In this document: one piece after another, positions 19,826 through 29,050 of the stretch | How positions within the stretch are numbered: position 1 is the stretch's first letter | How the letters are laid out: every line of letters begins with the position of its first letter | From: Ignavibacteriales bacterium | GTDB taxonomy: Bacteria > Bacteroidota > Ignavibacteria > UBA10030 | DNA length: 64,000 nt | Assembly (NCBI GenBank): GCA_026390575.1 | Contig: JAPLFR010000016.1 | Location: 534,737 to 598,736, forward strand | Direction of reading: 5' to 3' | Notes under the pieces: generated by a model | Seen by the model: only the letters and a program-made list of their open reading frames with translations | Database searches by the model: none | Told to the model about the DNA's origin: nothing | Program-made: the position numbers and the translations under genes

Positions 19826-20233
19826 ATGAAAACAAAATCATTCACCATCGCTGCATCGTTTCCATTTTCACCTGAAGCCGTATTCACGGCTCTCACAAAT
19901 GTACGCCAGATAGCCAAATGGAGTGGTCAGAATGGGAAAGTACAACCGACTATCGGCGGAAAGATGGAACTGTTCGATGGCTGGGTAAAAGGAATAGTAC
20001 TCGCGTACGAATCAGGCAAACGGCTTTCCTTCACATGGAAACCTTCGGAATGGGCGAAGGAAAACAAAGCATCTATCGTCACGTGTCACTTCAAACCGAC
20101 AAAAACCGGAACGAAGCTCACCTTGAAACACTCAGGTTTTCCGAATGACGGCGAACGGCAAAGCCATAAAATTGGCTGGACTGAATTTGTATTCGAACCG
20201 TTGAACATGTATCTTACATCAAAACAAATATAA
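19826..20233 (+). CDS. SRPBCC-superfamily protein (Aha1/AHSA1-like activator-of-Hsp90 ATPase homolog domain)
   Basis: Start taken at the internal ATG (MKTKSF...). Pattern FTxxASxExVFxALT...WxG is typical of the AHSA1 domain. Confidence 0.55.
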   Translation: MKTKSFTIAASFPFSPEAVFTALTNVRQIAKWSGQNGKVQPTIGGKMELFDGWVKGIVLAYESGKRLSFTWKPSEWAKENKASIVTCHFKPTKTGTKLTLKHSGFPNDGERQSHKIGWTEFVFEPLNMYLTSKQI

Positions 20234-20308
20234 GATATCTAGGTACCACATTGTGAATTGATGAAGCGAACCTTTTATATTTCCCTAAATTCTTTTATGA
20301 TAAACCCG

Positions 20309-21088
20309 ATGAAGACAATCATGTTACGTGCATGCATACTTGCACCAACGATGTTGTGCCTGTACAGCTGCGCAACGCCGCCGAAAGCCGAGAAGGAAGC
20401 GGTAGCAAAAAAACCCGAGATCACCATTCAGATTGCAAGCATCAATCTTGCCAATTTTAGCAAGAGAATTGAACGAAATAATATAATCGAACTCGTGAAG
20501 ACTCTTAAAAGTGAACAAGTTGAAATTCTTGCAATACAAGGTATTTCGCGTTATCCTGGCGTTTCATCGCGAGTAGATTTTATCAATGAACTTTCTGCAA
20601 AGATCGACTGGCGCAATGCTTTCGGCGAAATGCAGAATATTTCCGGCAGACAAACTGGAAATGCAATTTTCAGTGTGTACCCTCTGCTTTCCCACTATAA
20701 TTTTTCATGGGACGCGGTGAGATCAACAAGCTTCGAGGCGGCATTGCAAGCGACCGTTGACGCAGGAGCGCGATCGCTCGTCGTTGTAAGCACGCAATTG
20801 CCGCCTAAAGCAACAGCAAATGAGCAGGCACAATGCTTAAAATTGATTGCCGCCATGAATCCTGATACAACCCATCAGCTTCTTATTGTTGCCGGAAATA
20901 TGCCGACGGATGAAATCATTCGCACGACAAATTCGTTCGCCGAGGTTCCACCACCTGAATCCGTTAAAAGTACAACTTCAAGAATATGGTATTCGGCAAG
21001 TACATCGCTTCAATTACTCACAACCCGATCGGTGGAAACGGTGTTTGGAACACTAGTCATTGCTCAGTTTGGAGTATTGAGACAATGA
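20309..21088 (+). CDS. Lipoprotein, endonuclease/exonuclease/phosphatase (EEP)-like fold, probably degenerate
   Basis: Lipobox LYSCA. IQIASINLANF...EILAIQGI resembles the EEP N-terminal motif, but the LQE Glu is Gly. Call is weak. Confidence 0.3.
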   Translation: MKTIMLRACILAPTMLCLYSCATPPKAEKEAVAKKPEITIQIASINLANFSKRIERNNIIELVKTLKSEQVEILAIQGISRYPGVSSRVDFINELSAKIDWRNAFGEMQNISGRQTGNAIFSVYPLLSHYNFSWDAVRSTSFEAALQATVDAGARSLVVVSTQLPPKATANEQAQCLKLIAAMNPDTTHQLLIVAGNMPTDEIIRTTNSFAEVPPPESVKSTTSRIWYSASTSLQLLTTRSVETVFGTLVIAQFGVLRQ

Positions 21089-21143
21089 AAGCATTGAAAT
21101 TCCAATGATCAATTGATTATTCAGGAGTTAAGACAGCAGCACT

Positions 21144-21668
21144 ATGTGGACATTTAATATTTCACTCCTAGAAGTTGCGCTAAGAACTGTTATCGTGTAT
21201 GCAATTGTACTGGCGGGAATTCGCCTCACGGGCAAGCGTGAAGTCGGGCAAATGGCATCATTTGAATTGGTGCTTATCTTGCTTCTGGCAAATGCTGTGC
21301 AGAACGCAATGACTGGCCCAGATACATCTCTTACTGGCGGCGTTGTTGGGGCATGCACGCTGCTCGTTACCAATGCAATCGTTACTCGAGTTTCTTCTCG
21401 CTCACGCAAATTGCGTACAGCACTTGAAGGAACACCAACGGTGCTCATACACAGGGGAGTTGTGGTTAAAAAGAATATGGAGAAAGAACACATCGCGAAC
21501 GAAGAACTTGAACAGGCACTTCGTGAGCATGGCATTTCAAAATTTACAGATGTTGGCATTGCAGTGCTGGAAGTTGATGGATCCATCAGTGTACTGAAGA
21601 AAGATGAATTGCCCTCCGCAGTCCGCCCGCATCATCATATCCGATTTATTGTGAAAAATAAAAGCTAA
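21144..21668 (+). CDS. DUF421/YetF-family membrane protein
   Basis: 174 aa. TM N-terminus then the conserved YetF-like C-terminal domain (LIHRGVVVKKNMEKEHI...LEVDGSISVL). Confidence 0.6.
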   Translation: MWTFNISLLEVALRTVIVYAIVLAGIRLTGKREVGQMASFELVLILLLANAVQNAMTGPDTSLTGGVVGACTLLVTNAIVTRVSSRSRKLRTALEGTPTVLIHRGVVVKKNMEKEHIANEELEQALREHGISKFTDVGIAVLEVDGSISVLKKDELPSAVRPHHHIRFIVKNKS

Positions 21669-21706
21669 TTGTCATACTGAGAGCCAAAATTACTTAACAA
21701 AAACCT

Positions 21707-22891
21707 ATGTCGAACGAAAACAAACTTGACCTGCAGGCATTAAAAGAGCGCATCGGCAAACATCTGCGGACAGCAGATGAATTTACACGCTACCAGCGTT
21801 ACGAAGAAGCAATTTTAGAAATAGACTCTGCCTTAAAAATCGATCCAAAAAATAATTTCGCACGCTCGTTTCTTGAACGAGTCAAGCTCATGCAAAAACG
21901 CTCACAACAAAACGCAGCCGTGCAAAGCGGTCCGGCAGAGCTGACGCTGGAAGAGCGTATGGAAATTATTTCCCGGCACCTTTCTACGGCAGAAGATTTT
22001 GTCAACAAAAAAGATTATAAAGCTGCACTGGAAGAGATTGCAGAGGTTTATAAAATTGACCCCAAGAATTACTATGCCCAAACATTTTCCGAACGGATTG
22101 ATACATTGATGCAAGAAGGAAGTGTTGATGGGGCGAAGTTATTCAAACCGGTACTACAGGCAGAAGAATCAGACCGTGTGAGGCCTCAAGAGGATGAACG
22201 GGGCAGCATCATTATGTATCGTGAGCTTCTTAAAAATGTCTGGCTCGATGGAAAGGTAAGCGACGAGGAGGCACAGGAACTCACCGCTGTGCGAGAGCTG
22301 TTCGGCATTACTCAGGAAGACCATGAAAAACTTGAGCGCCATGTTAAAATTGAAGCGTATCTCGAAGCACTCCACATTGCATGGCGGAACAATCTTCTGA
22401 CAGAAGCAGAAAAGAAGACCCTGCACATGATGCGTGAAAAATATGACATCTCGCCGGAAGAACAAAAAATCTCAGAAGCGCGATACGATGAGGTGAAACG
22501 TCCATCAAAGTCGCACGGTACAATCCTTATTGTTGATACCGATCGAAAGATACTTGTGTCATTGGGCAAAGCCCTCAAACAACGGGGATATACTATCCTG
22601 ATGGCACAGAAAGTAGAAGACGCTTACCAGATTCTTTCCGCACAGACTCCTCATATCATCATGTCGGAACTCTTTTTTACGAATTCACAAATTGACGGTG
22701 TAGCCTTTTTCGAGAAGCTGCGAGAACATTCTGTCCTTAAGGATGTGCCATTTGTTATTATGAGTTCTCTTACTGATAGGAAAATTATTCAAGCAGGTTT
22801 GCGCCTCGGTGTTGATCATTATATCACGAAGCCGGTTGATATCGACTTATTATTAGCAATAATAGATGGAAAGTTGCGAACGTCATTGTGA
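21707..22891 (+). CDS. Atypical response-regulator-like protein: TPR-like hairpins + TerB-like repeats + receiver domain with phospho-acceptor Asp->Glu
   Basis: 394 aa. Repeated YKIDPKN helical hairpins and a repeated W.DG...E..L...R..Y.IS.EE module. C-terminal REC (ILIVDTD...PHIIMSELFF...SSLTD...ITKPVD) with E at the phosphorylation site. Confidence 0.6.
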   Translation: MSNENKLDLQALKERIGKHLRTADEFTRYQRYEEAILEIDSALKIDPKNNFARSFLERVKLMQKRSQQNAAVQSGPAELTLEERMEIISRHLSTAEDFVNKKDYKAALEEIAEVYKIDPKNYYAQTFSERIDTLMQEGSVDGAKLFKPVLQAEESDRVRPQEDERGSIIMYRELLKNVWLDGKVSDEEAQELTAVRELFGITQEDHEKLERHVKIEAYLEALHIAWRNNLLTEAEKKTLHMMREKYDISPEEQKISEARYDEVKRPSKSHGTILIVDTDRKILVSLGKALKQRGYTILMAQKVEDAYQILSAQTPHIIMSELFFTNSQIDGVAFFEKLREHSVLKDVPFVIMSSLTDRKIIQAGLRLGVDHYITKPVDIDLLLAIIDGKLRTSL

Positions 22892-23237
22892 CCCCGCAAA
22901 TATTCTCGTTCGCTTGGATTTAAAAGTCGTTGAAACAGCATCAATAATATTGCTTTATACGAATGCAGAAAAAAGGAAATAAGAAGGAATAGATTGCCCC
23001 GGAATAATTCTACCAATCACTGCATAACTGCACGGCACTTTTGGTCAGAGACATTGTCTTACCGCTCATGAAGTAGATAAGTATACAAAAAAATCGAAGA
23101 AAAACGCACATCCATCGATTGTATGTCTGCTGTATCACATCTTGTTCCTACATCACATTCGGTTTCCCATCCGTAATATATCTTTCATTCGAAAATTCAT
23201 TGAAGTAATATTTACAATAGAATGAAAACATAATAAT

Positions 23238-24545
23238 TTGGATTCATCGAAAATGGAAAAAACAATGTTCACGAAAAGACCACTTTCTGTTGATACAACA
23301 AAAGAATTCACCGGCGAACATCTTCGAGAGGCAGACAAGTTCGTCCGTCTCAAACGGTATGATGACGCCTTGCAGGAAATTGAAACCGCCTATAAAATTG
23401 ATCCGAAAAACGCATACATTCGTTCTTTTCTTGAACGGACACAGTATATGATCGAGAAGGAAAATGAAAAGCGATCGCAGGTGTTCGGTGAAACGAGCAA
23501 GACGAACGAAGACCGTATGGAAGTCATATCAGAATTGTTCGCATCCGCAGAAACCTTCACGAAGGAAAAAAAATACCCAAAAGCATTGAATGAGCTGGCA
23601 AAAGTATATCGTATTGATCCAAAGAATTATAACGCCCATGCATTATCAGATCGTATCGTGGCATTGATGCGGGCTGAAAAGGACTTACCTAAAACGCAGA
23701 CTCCTCAATCTATCGAATCAACGCCGGACATAGTTCTGTTAGAAAAACCAGTCAATGTTGTAGAAAACGAAATACCAACGCAGCCTGTAGATATTCCGCA
23801 GCCGCAATCAACACCAATCAGCGAGCAGCAAGAAGAGTTTAGCCGGTTCGCATTATACAGGGAGTTGCTCAAGGAATGCTGGGCAGACGGTGTTATTACT
23901 CACGAAGATTCTGAGATGCTTCATCGTGCGCGTTCACAATATTCAATTTCCTTTGATACCCATTGCCAAATTGAAGTTGACATCAAGATCGATGCGTACG
24001 TTGACGCGTTACGTATTGTGTGGAGAGACGGCGTTGTGGATGATCATGAAAATGAAATCTTAGAAATCATGCGTAAGAAATACGGAATCACACAGGAAGA
24101 ACAAGCGGCAGCAGAGAAGAAATTTTCTGCATTTCGTACAACCAACCAATCAAAGGCAATGATCCTGATCGTAGAGAATGATCATGATAACTCGATATAT
24201 GTTGCGCGGGCACTTATGAATCATGGCTATGATGTTAAAATTGAACGACACCCGGATGATGCGATTCACTTTCTAAGCACACATACACCGGATCTCATTC
24301 TGAGTGAAGCTGTTTTTCCACAAGTGAACACAGATGGTTTTGAGTTCTTTCAGAGAACGCGTTTGGACAAACGGTTGAGTCCGATACCATTTCTCATGAT
24401 GACGGAACTCGGCGATGCGCGCGTTATGCGAGCGGGATTACGCATGGGAGTGGATTATTTTATTCCCAAACCTTTACATATCGGTTACATGGTGGCAATT
24501 ATAGAGGGCAAACTCAAATCTGAACTGCAAACAACTTCGAAGTAA
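23238..24545 (+). CDS. Paralog of 21707..22891 (TPR-like + TerB-like repeats + pseudo-receiver, Asp->Glu)
   Basis: 435 aa with the same architecture. REC segment PDLILSEAVFPQ...MMTELGD...IPKPL. Confidence 0.6.
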   Translation: MDSSKMEKTMFTKRPLSVDTTKEFTGEHLREADKFVRLKRYDDALQEIETAYKIDPKNAYIRSFLERTQYMIEKENEKRSQVFGETSKTNEDRMEVISELFASAETFTKEKKYPKALNELAKVYRIDPKNYNAHALSDRIVALMRAEKDLPKTQTPQSIESTPDIVLLEKPVNVVENEIPTQPVDIPQPQSTPISEQQEEFSRFALYRELLKECWADGVITHEDSEMLHRARSQYSISFDTHCQIEVDIKIDAYVDALRIVWRDGVVDDHENEILEIMRKKYGITQEEQAAAEKKFSAFRTTNQSKAMILIVENDHDNSIYVARALMNHGYDVKIERHPDDAIHFLSTHTPDLILSEAVFPQVNTDGFEFFQRTRLDKRLSPIPFLMMTELGDARVMRAGLRMGVDYFIPKPLHIGYMVAIIEGKLKSELQTTSK

Positions 24546-24578
24546 ACAATGCTTTGGGTCGAAAGCAAAAAGTGTCTT

Positions 24579-25760
24579 TTACTCTGGACTGATAACCTCA
24601 CCGACCACAGGCAAATGGATCAATTGAAGCTCCTTCTTTCCTTCTTTACTCACCATTGCATGCTCAAAATAAAATTTAACTCCTTTGGCGTTTTGCAGGT
24701 ACGGTGAATCCTGCAAATGATAATGCAGTACCGGCTCTGTTGCATTTCCAGAACTGCCGCACTTTGCAAGCACTTGCCCGCGGATTACTTTATCTCCCAC
24801 TTTTACACGAATACTTCCTTGTTTCAAAAAGGCAAGAACTGAATATTCTTTTCCGGAATGCTGGATGATTATTGTGTTGCCGATTTGTGCGTACGGATTG
24901 CGCGTGCCGGGAGAATTCTCACGAATGCCGTCAATAACTTCAACAACCGTACCGTTGGCTGGAGCGATAATATCCTTTCCGTATCCGACATAATCTTCAT
25001 TTGCTTTTCCATCATTCTTATAGCGAGATCCGCCTGCATCTGTTCCGGAAAATTCGTACGCATACTGTTGCTGCAGCAAGTTACTCTGCGATGTGCCTTC
25101 GCGTAATTCGCCGCCGGCGATGACAGCCCACGTGCCTGTAAATGGTACATATAATTGCGTCTGTTGTTTGTCGCGAACGACTGGAGCAACGGGCTGCTTC
25201 ACCGGACTGGGTGATGGTGTGGAACTCGGTGCAACTTCCTTCACAGCTTCTGAATATGCGGAAGAATCTGAGTTAGATTTAGGTGCTGCCGGCTTCGCGG
25301 ACGACGAAATTGGTGTTTGGACTGCCGCTGCATTTGGTTCTGTTGTATTTGATGGATTCGGTTGAGGTTCCGAAGCAACGTGAGTAGTAAAAAGAAAACC
25401 TTTTATCTTTCCTTGATCATCGATGTAAAGCGTCAAATCTTGTGCACCGCGTTCGGAATACATAACACAAAAAGCTTGGTCTACTGCTCTCACTTCAGGC
25501 GGATCTACTTTGATAACTTTTCCGAAAGTATCAAAATTGTTTTTAAAAAAATACGTCGTTTTAAAAAGGGGAAACGCAGCCGACATCCCTTTGTCGTACT
25601 CCCGCACTATTCCATTATAATCCTGGTTGTTCATTGCCTCAACCAGCCGGTTGATAATTTTTACAAACCTCTCTTTTCCCTGTTCCTGTGCAAACAGCGG
25701 CTGCGCGATGCCCAAGAATAAAAGAATGTATATCGTTCTCCTCATGATCGATCCTTTCAT
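24579..25760 (-). CDS. Secreted M23-family (LytM-like) metallopeptidase
   Basis: 393 aa with signal peptide and Pro/Ala/Ser-rich linker. C-terminal M23 motifs HxxxD-like (GKDIIAPANGTV...IQHSGKEYSVLAFL...LHYHL). Confidence 0.75.
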   Translation of the reverse strand: MKGSIMRRTIYILLFLGIAQPLFAQEQGKERFVKIINRLVEAMNNQDYNGIVREYDKGMSAAFPLFKTTYFFKNNFDTFGKVIKVDPPEVRAVDQAFCVMYSERGAQDLTLYIDDQGKIKGFLFTTHVASEPQPNPSNTTEPNAAAVQTPISSSAKPAAPKSNSDSSAYSEAVKEVAPSSTPSPSPVKQPVAPVVRDKQQTQLYVPFTGTWAVIAGGELREGTSQSNLLQQQYAYEFSGTDAGGSRYKNDGKANEDYVGYGKDIIAPANGTVVEVIDGIRENSPGTRNPYAQIGNTIIIQHSGKEYSVLAFLKQGSIRVKVGDKVIRGQVLAKCGSSGNATEPVLHYHLQDSPYLQNAKGVKFYFEHAMVSKEGKKELQLIHLPVVGEVISPE

Positions 25761-25871
25761 AAGACTCTGCTTCGCTTGGTTTCCTTTCTGAGGAGCCGGC
25801 GTTCAATTACACGACCGAACCGTTGAACATTAGACCTTTTTTTTGTAAGAATCAATATCTGAGTACCCATC

Positions 25872-25905
25872 AAAAAAAAGGCAGGTTGGTCACCTGCCTT
25901 TTATT
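25872..25905 (-). terminator. Rho-independent terminator downstream of the outer-membrane beta-barrel gene
   Basis: ggcaggt-tggtc-acctgcc perfect 7-bp stem. A-run on the plus side (T-run on minus) and ttttatt on the plus side. Bidirectional in form. Confidence 0.6.
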
Positions 25906-25925
25906 ACCTCATTTAGAATTTCATT

Positions 25926-26510
25926 TCAAAATTTGCCGAATTTGAATGTTAGATTCGCTGAAGGTCCGCTCAAATCAGCGTTGGTAGATACTACGCTCTT
26001 TAAACCGCTCACATACCGATAACTGACGCCGGCGGCAACGCGAAAGAAGCGTGTAACATTGAGATTCGCATTGATATTTGGTTCAAATACAAAAAATGCG
26101 TTCTTATTGTGTGAAGCATTAAAGGCATCATTGTCTTCAAATTTATATCCTATTCCGCCTCCGCCAACAAGCATGCCTATGGAAAGGTGAATAAGATCAT
26201 TGGACGATGCAATGTATTCAAGCTCTAAACCACCGTATCCCATTTCGATATACTGATGAACTGAATCTGATACCTTCGATTTCACGTCAGTCACTAACCC
26301 ATACCCCCCGCCGCCAAGAATGAACGAATGATTGATAATCCATCCGCCGCGACCGCCGACCATGACTGAATTTTCGCCGTTGATATTTGTTACTTTGAGA
26401 ACCGGGCCGCCGAATCCGCCGCTTTCAATCTCGCCGTTGATGAGCGTTGCTTCCTGTGAAAAGGCAGAGAACGTGAATACAATAACGAGAAGAAACAAAA
26501 GTTTTTTCAT
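25926..26510 (-). CDS. Small outer-membrane beta-barrel protein (OmpA-like/OMP_b-brl family)
   Basis: 194 aa. Signal peptide, Gly/Tyr-rich alternating strands, C-terminal FKFGKF aromatic terminus. Confidence 0.65.
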   Translation of the reverse strand: MKKLLFLLVIVFTFSAFSQEATLINGEIESGGFGGPVLKVTNINGENSVMVGGRGGWIINHSFILGGGGYGLVTDVKSKVSDSVHQYIEMGYGGLELEYIASSNDLIHLSIGMLVGGGGIGYKFEDNDAFNASHNKNAFFVFEPNINANLNVTRFFRVAAGVSYRYVSGLKSVVSTNADLSGPSANLTFKFGKF

Positions 26511-26615
26511 GATAACCTCGATTGTTACGGTGTAACATTTATGTGTGATTTATACCGATGAAAAACATGTATTATTACGGTAACAACTGCGAAGAAGTTG
26601 CAGGAAGGCGGATTC

Positions 26616-26903
26616 CTAATGATCTTTCCAATTCCACCAGAGAAGCAGTTCAGGATCATGACGCTTGTGCGAAGCATAATACACTGCGCATCGAAATACA
26701 TACAACAAACAGCGATCAACCGGTTGTCCAACCAGAACGCAGTGTTTCCAATAAAGCAATTCTGGATTCTTATTCTTCAACGCATCAACGGAGCGAATAC
26801 CGAGATTCCAAAGATCAAGCGAAATGCTTTTACCAACACCTGGAATTGTACATAGTTCTTGAATTACTTTTTCTCTGTGCAAAATATTGTTTGAGGCATT
26901 CAT
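26616..26903 (-). CDS. Helix-hairpin-helix DNA-binding protein (Cdd1/pathogenicity-locus-like)
   Basis: 95 aa with IPGVGKSISLDLWNLGIRSVDAL, a HhH motif. Confidence 0.5.
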   Translation of the reverse strand: MNASNNILHREKVIQELCTIPGVGKSISLDLWNLGIRSVDALKNKNPELLYWKHCVLVGQPVDRCLLYVFRCAVYYASHKRHDPELLLWWNWKDH

Positions 26904-26958
26904 CGTCTTTCATCTTTTCCTACTATGTTCGCTCATATCTATGAATGGAGAGTGCTGC

Positions 26959-27399
26959 CTACGACGGATTTTCTGACAATGAATTCAATTGCGTATGAAT
27001 CTCCTGCAGTAATCTGAATGTCAGCCAAAAGGCAATCACTTCTAACACCAGCACAATCCCAAACGAGCTTTCATAAAGAATCTTCCAGAGTAACGCTGGC
27101 TCCTCAACGCTGTACGGCACTGGAGCACTGAATCTTGTATAAATGTTGTAGATCAATTCTGCCGGCAATATGCCAAGCAATACGACTGCCCCCTGTCGCG
27201 CTGACGGCGTGGATAAAAAGAGAACTGCTGCAAGAGGTGCCAGACAGAGTATTAAAAAGATCGGCATGTAGTCCGTCAACACATACAGTAGATCTATTTT
27301 TCCATGGGCATAATTATAAAGAATATAAAGTACTGTGTGCGCTGAAATCAAATACGTTGCTTGCTTAGCACGCAAGCGGGTATTTTCGTTTTGTACCAT
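26959..27399 (-). CDS. Membrane protein, unknown function
   Basis: 146 aa with 4 hydrophobic segments. Confidence 0.45.
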   Translation of the reverse strand: MVQNENTRLRAKQATYLISAHTVLYILYNYAHGKIDLLYVLTDYMPIFLILCLAPLAAVLFLSTPSARQGAVVLLGILPAELIYNIYTRFSAPVPYSVEEPALLWKILYESSFGIVLVLEVIAFWLTFRLLQEIHTQLNSLSENPS

Positions 27400-27437
27400 G
27401 ATAATCTCCTTTCAAGAATTAGAGTGAACGGTGCCGG

Positions 27438-28631
27438 TCAGTTCTGAAGAATTCTCCGTGCACGCACGAACTTCTTCAGGAGCGGCTCTTCATAATAGTC
27501 CGATGATGGATTCAAACTGCTCACCCGTACTCTTTTTGAACTGTGAAGGTACAATCCGTTTTCCAGGTATAAAGCAACATGGGTAATACGTTCCTGCCGT
27601 TTCGCTGTCGCTTTTCGGCCGAAGAATAGTAAATCCCCCTTCTCCAAATTTTGGAAATTCTCCCCCGGCTCAATGGGCTTTCCTTGCTGTGCCTGCTGCC
27701 TGGCATCACGATTTAATTCCACGCCATTCAAATGGTACACAGTTTTTACAAACCCTGAACAATCCATACCTTTCACTGACATGCCGCCCCAGAGATAACG
27801 AATGCCCAAAAATGATCTCGCGGTCTTCTCAAGATTCTCGCCTGTCGGCACCCGGCTTCTCTTCCATTCGTCAAGGTCTTGAACAAGCGACTCCGGCACA
27901 AATCCATTTTTTCCATCTGCACGTTCCACTGCAATCCACCCGTTTTGCCTGCCGTTGTTTTTCAAAATACATCCGTCAATTATTTCGCACACAGCTGTAG
28001 AGGATGTATCTGTTCGTGCATGTACTACGCCCATAAAATTTGTGACAATCACTTTGGAGGCAGCATTCCATGCATCCACACCAGCTTGATTGCACACAAC
28101 CATGGAAGCAGAATCGAGCCAGCCAAGATAGTGATCGGGAGTTTGAATGAAAAAATATCCGCGTTCCTTTTTCAGCAATGTAACAATAGTCCCCATCAAT
28201 GCTTGCGTCAGAAGCTCTTCCTGCTTTCCTGGTCTCCGGCGAACATCAGCCACAGGAAGTGTAACGATACCCGCTATGTTCGGTCCGAGTGCAGCTTCGG
28301 GCAACACATGGATACTGTCGATCACTGTGCCCTTGACAATTTTTTGCAATGCATGAATTACAGCACTCTTCGCTTCAGGGTTATCGACTTCTCCATGGAG
28401 GATAATTCCTTTTTCGACCTGTCTATAAGAAATGTCAAAAACTGCGAGCTGCAAATCTGGTGCATAACGCTGCTGAACGGATTGGAGAATGTGTTTGATT
28501 TGGACAGTATTGATCTGACTATTATTACGGATAACTCCCATACGCTGTTGATATGGTGTAACTCGTGCCGCTCCTGCGAACAGTAAGAGAAGAACAACAA
28601 TAGAATATTTTGCGAAAAAAAATTTCATCAA
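27438..28631 (-). CDS. NlpC/P60-family peptidoglycan endopeptidase with SH3-like domain
   Basis: 397 aa. Signal peptide. C-terminal RYLWGGMSVKGMDCSGFVKTVY (catalytic Cys) ...HVALYL (His). Confidence 0.8.
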   Translation of the reverse strand: MMKFFFAKYSIVVLLLLFAGAARVTPYQQRMGVIRNNSQINTVQIKHILQSVQQRYAPDLQLAVFDISYRQVEKGIILHGEVDNPEAKSAVIHALQKIVKGTVIDSIHVLPEAALGPNIAGIVTLPVADVRRRPGKQEELLTQALMGTIVTLLKKERGYFFIQTPDHYLGWLDSASMVVCNQAGVDAWNAASKVIVTNFMGVVHARTDTSSTAVCEIIDGCILKNNGRQNGWIAVERADGKNGFVPESLVQDLDEWKRSRVPTGENLEKTARSFLGIRYLWGGMSVKGMDCSGFVKTVYHLNGVELNRDARQQAQQGKPIEPGENFQNLEKGDLLFFGRKATAKRQERITHVALYLENGLYLHSSKRVRVSSLNPSSDYYEEPLLKKFVRARRILQN

Positions 28632-29000
28632 CGCACAGTCTTACGATAAGTGAAAAAAGTTTTATAGGAAGAATATACAAGAAATCTTCACCTCGTTCAA
28701 CCGTTGCAAAATGATGCCTATCTATCAGACATGGGTGTCACGGTCCCCCGTAAAATACACGAGGCAGGCATACCGTGACACTAAAATGAATTGTTATCAA
28801 TAACTCCTCGTCACGAAGTGGTTCGTGACGCCCCAGTGTAAAATACCTTGCATTTAGATTACCGATTAAATAGATTAACCGGAGAAAAGCGGGCGGGCTG
28901 TTGGGGATTGATGGGCGGGTAATAAAAGCAGGGCAGGTTCCTTTCAGTGCCAACCACAAGCCGTTGTAGAATATTGCCGCCTAACCAAACGATTTCTACT

Positions 29001-29031
29001 ATCCCGCATGAAAACAGTGGGAGTTTCCAAC
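29001..29031 (+). promoter_or_regulatory. Island motif copy 1 (ATCCCG-N4-AAAACAGTGGGAGTT), 20 bp upstream of 29051 start
   Basis: ctATCCCGcatgAAAACAGTGGGAGTTtccaac. TCCCG/TGGGA dyad, allowing a G-U pair. Confidence 0.5.
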
Positions 29032-29050
29032 TATTAGACACCATTTATTT

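Noticed and set aside
28860-28990. Possible RNase P RNA or other known ncRNA in the G-rich intergenic segment
   Set aside because: The sequence GGAGAAAAGCGGGCGGGCUG only loosely resembles the P4 strand AGGAAAGUCCGGGCUCC. No complementary ACAGAACCCGGCUUA-type P4 partner or GGUAA/ACAGAA universal motifs are present. Kept only as an unclassified structured region.
29020-29050. Interpreting the island motif as an ECF-sigma or sigma-54 promoter
   Set aside because: The GGGAGTT-N10-AGAC pattern is seen in only two copies. Spacing does not fit the -35/-10 (16-17 nt) or -24/-12 geometry. The promoter interpretation is kept only as one option within the motif finding.
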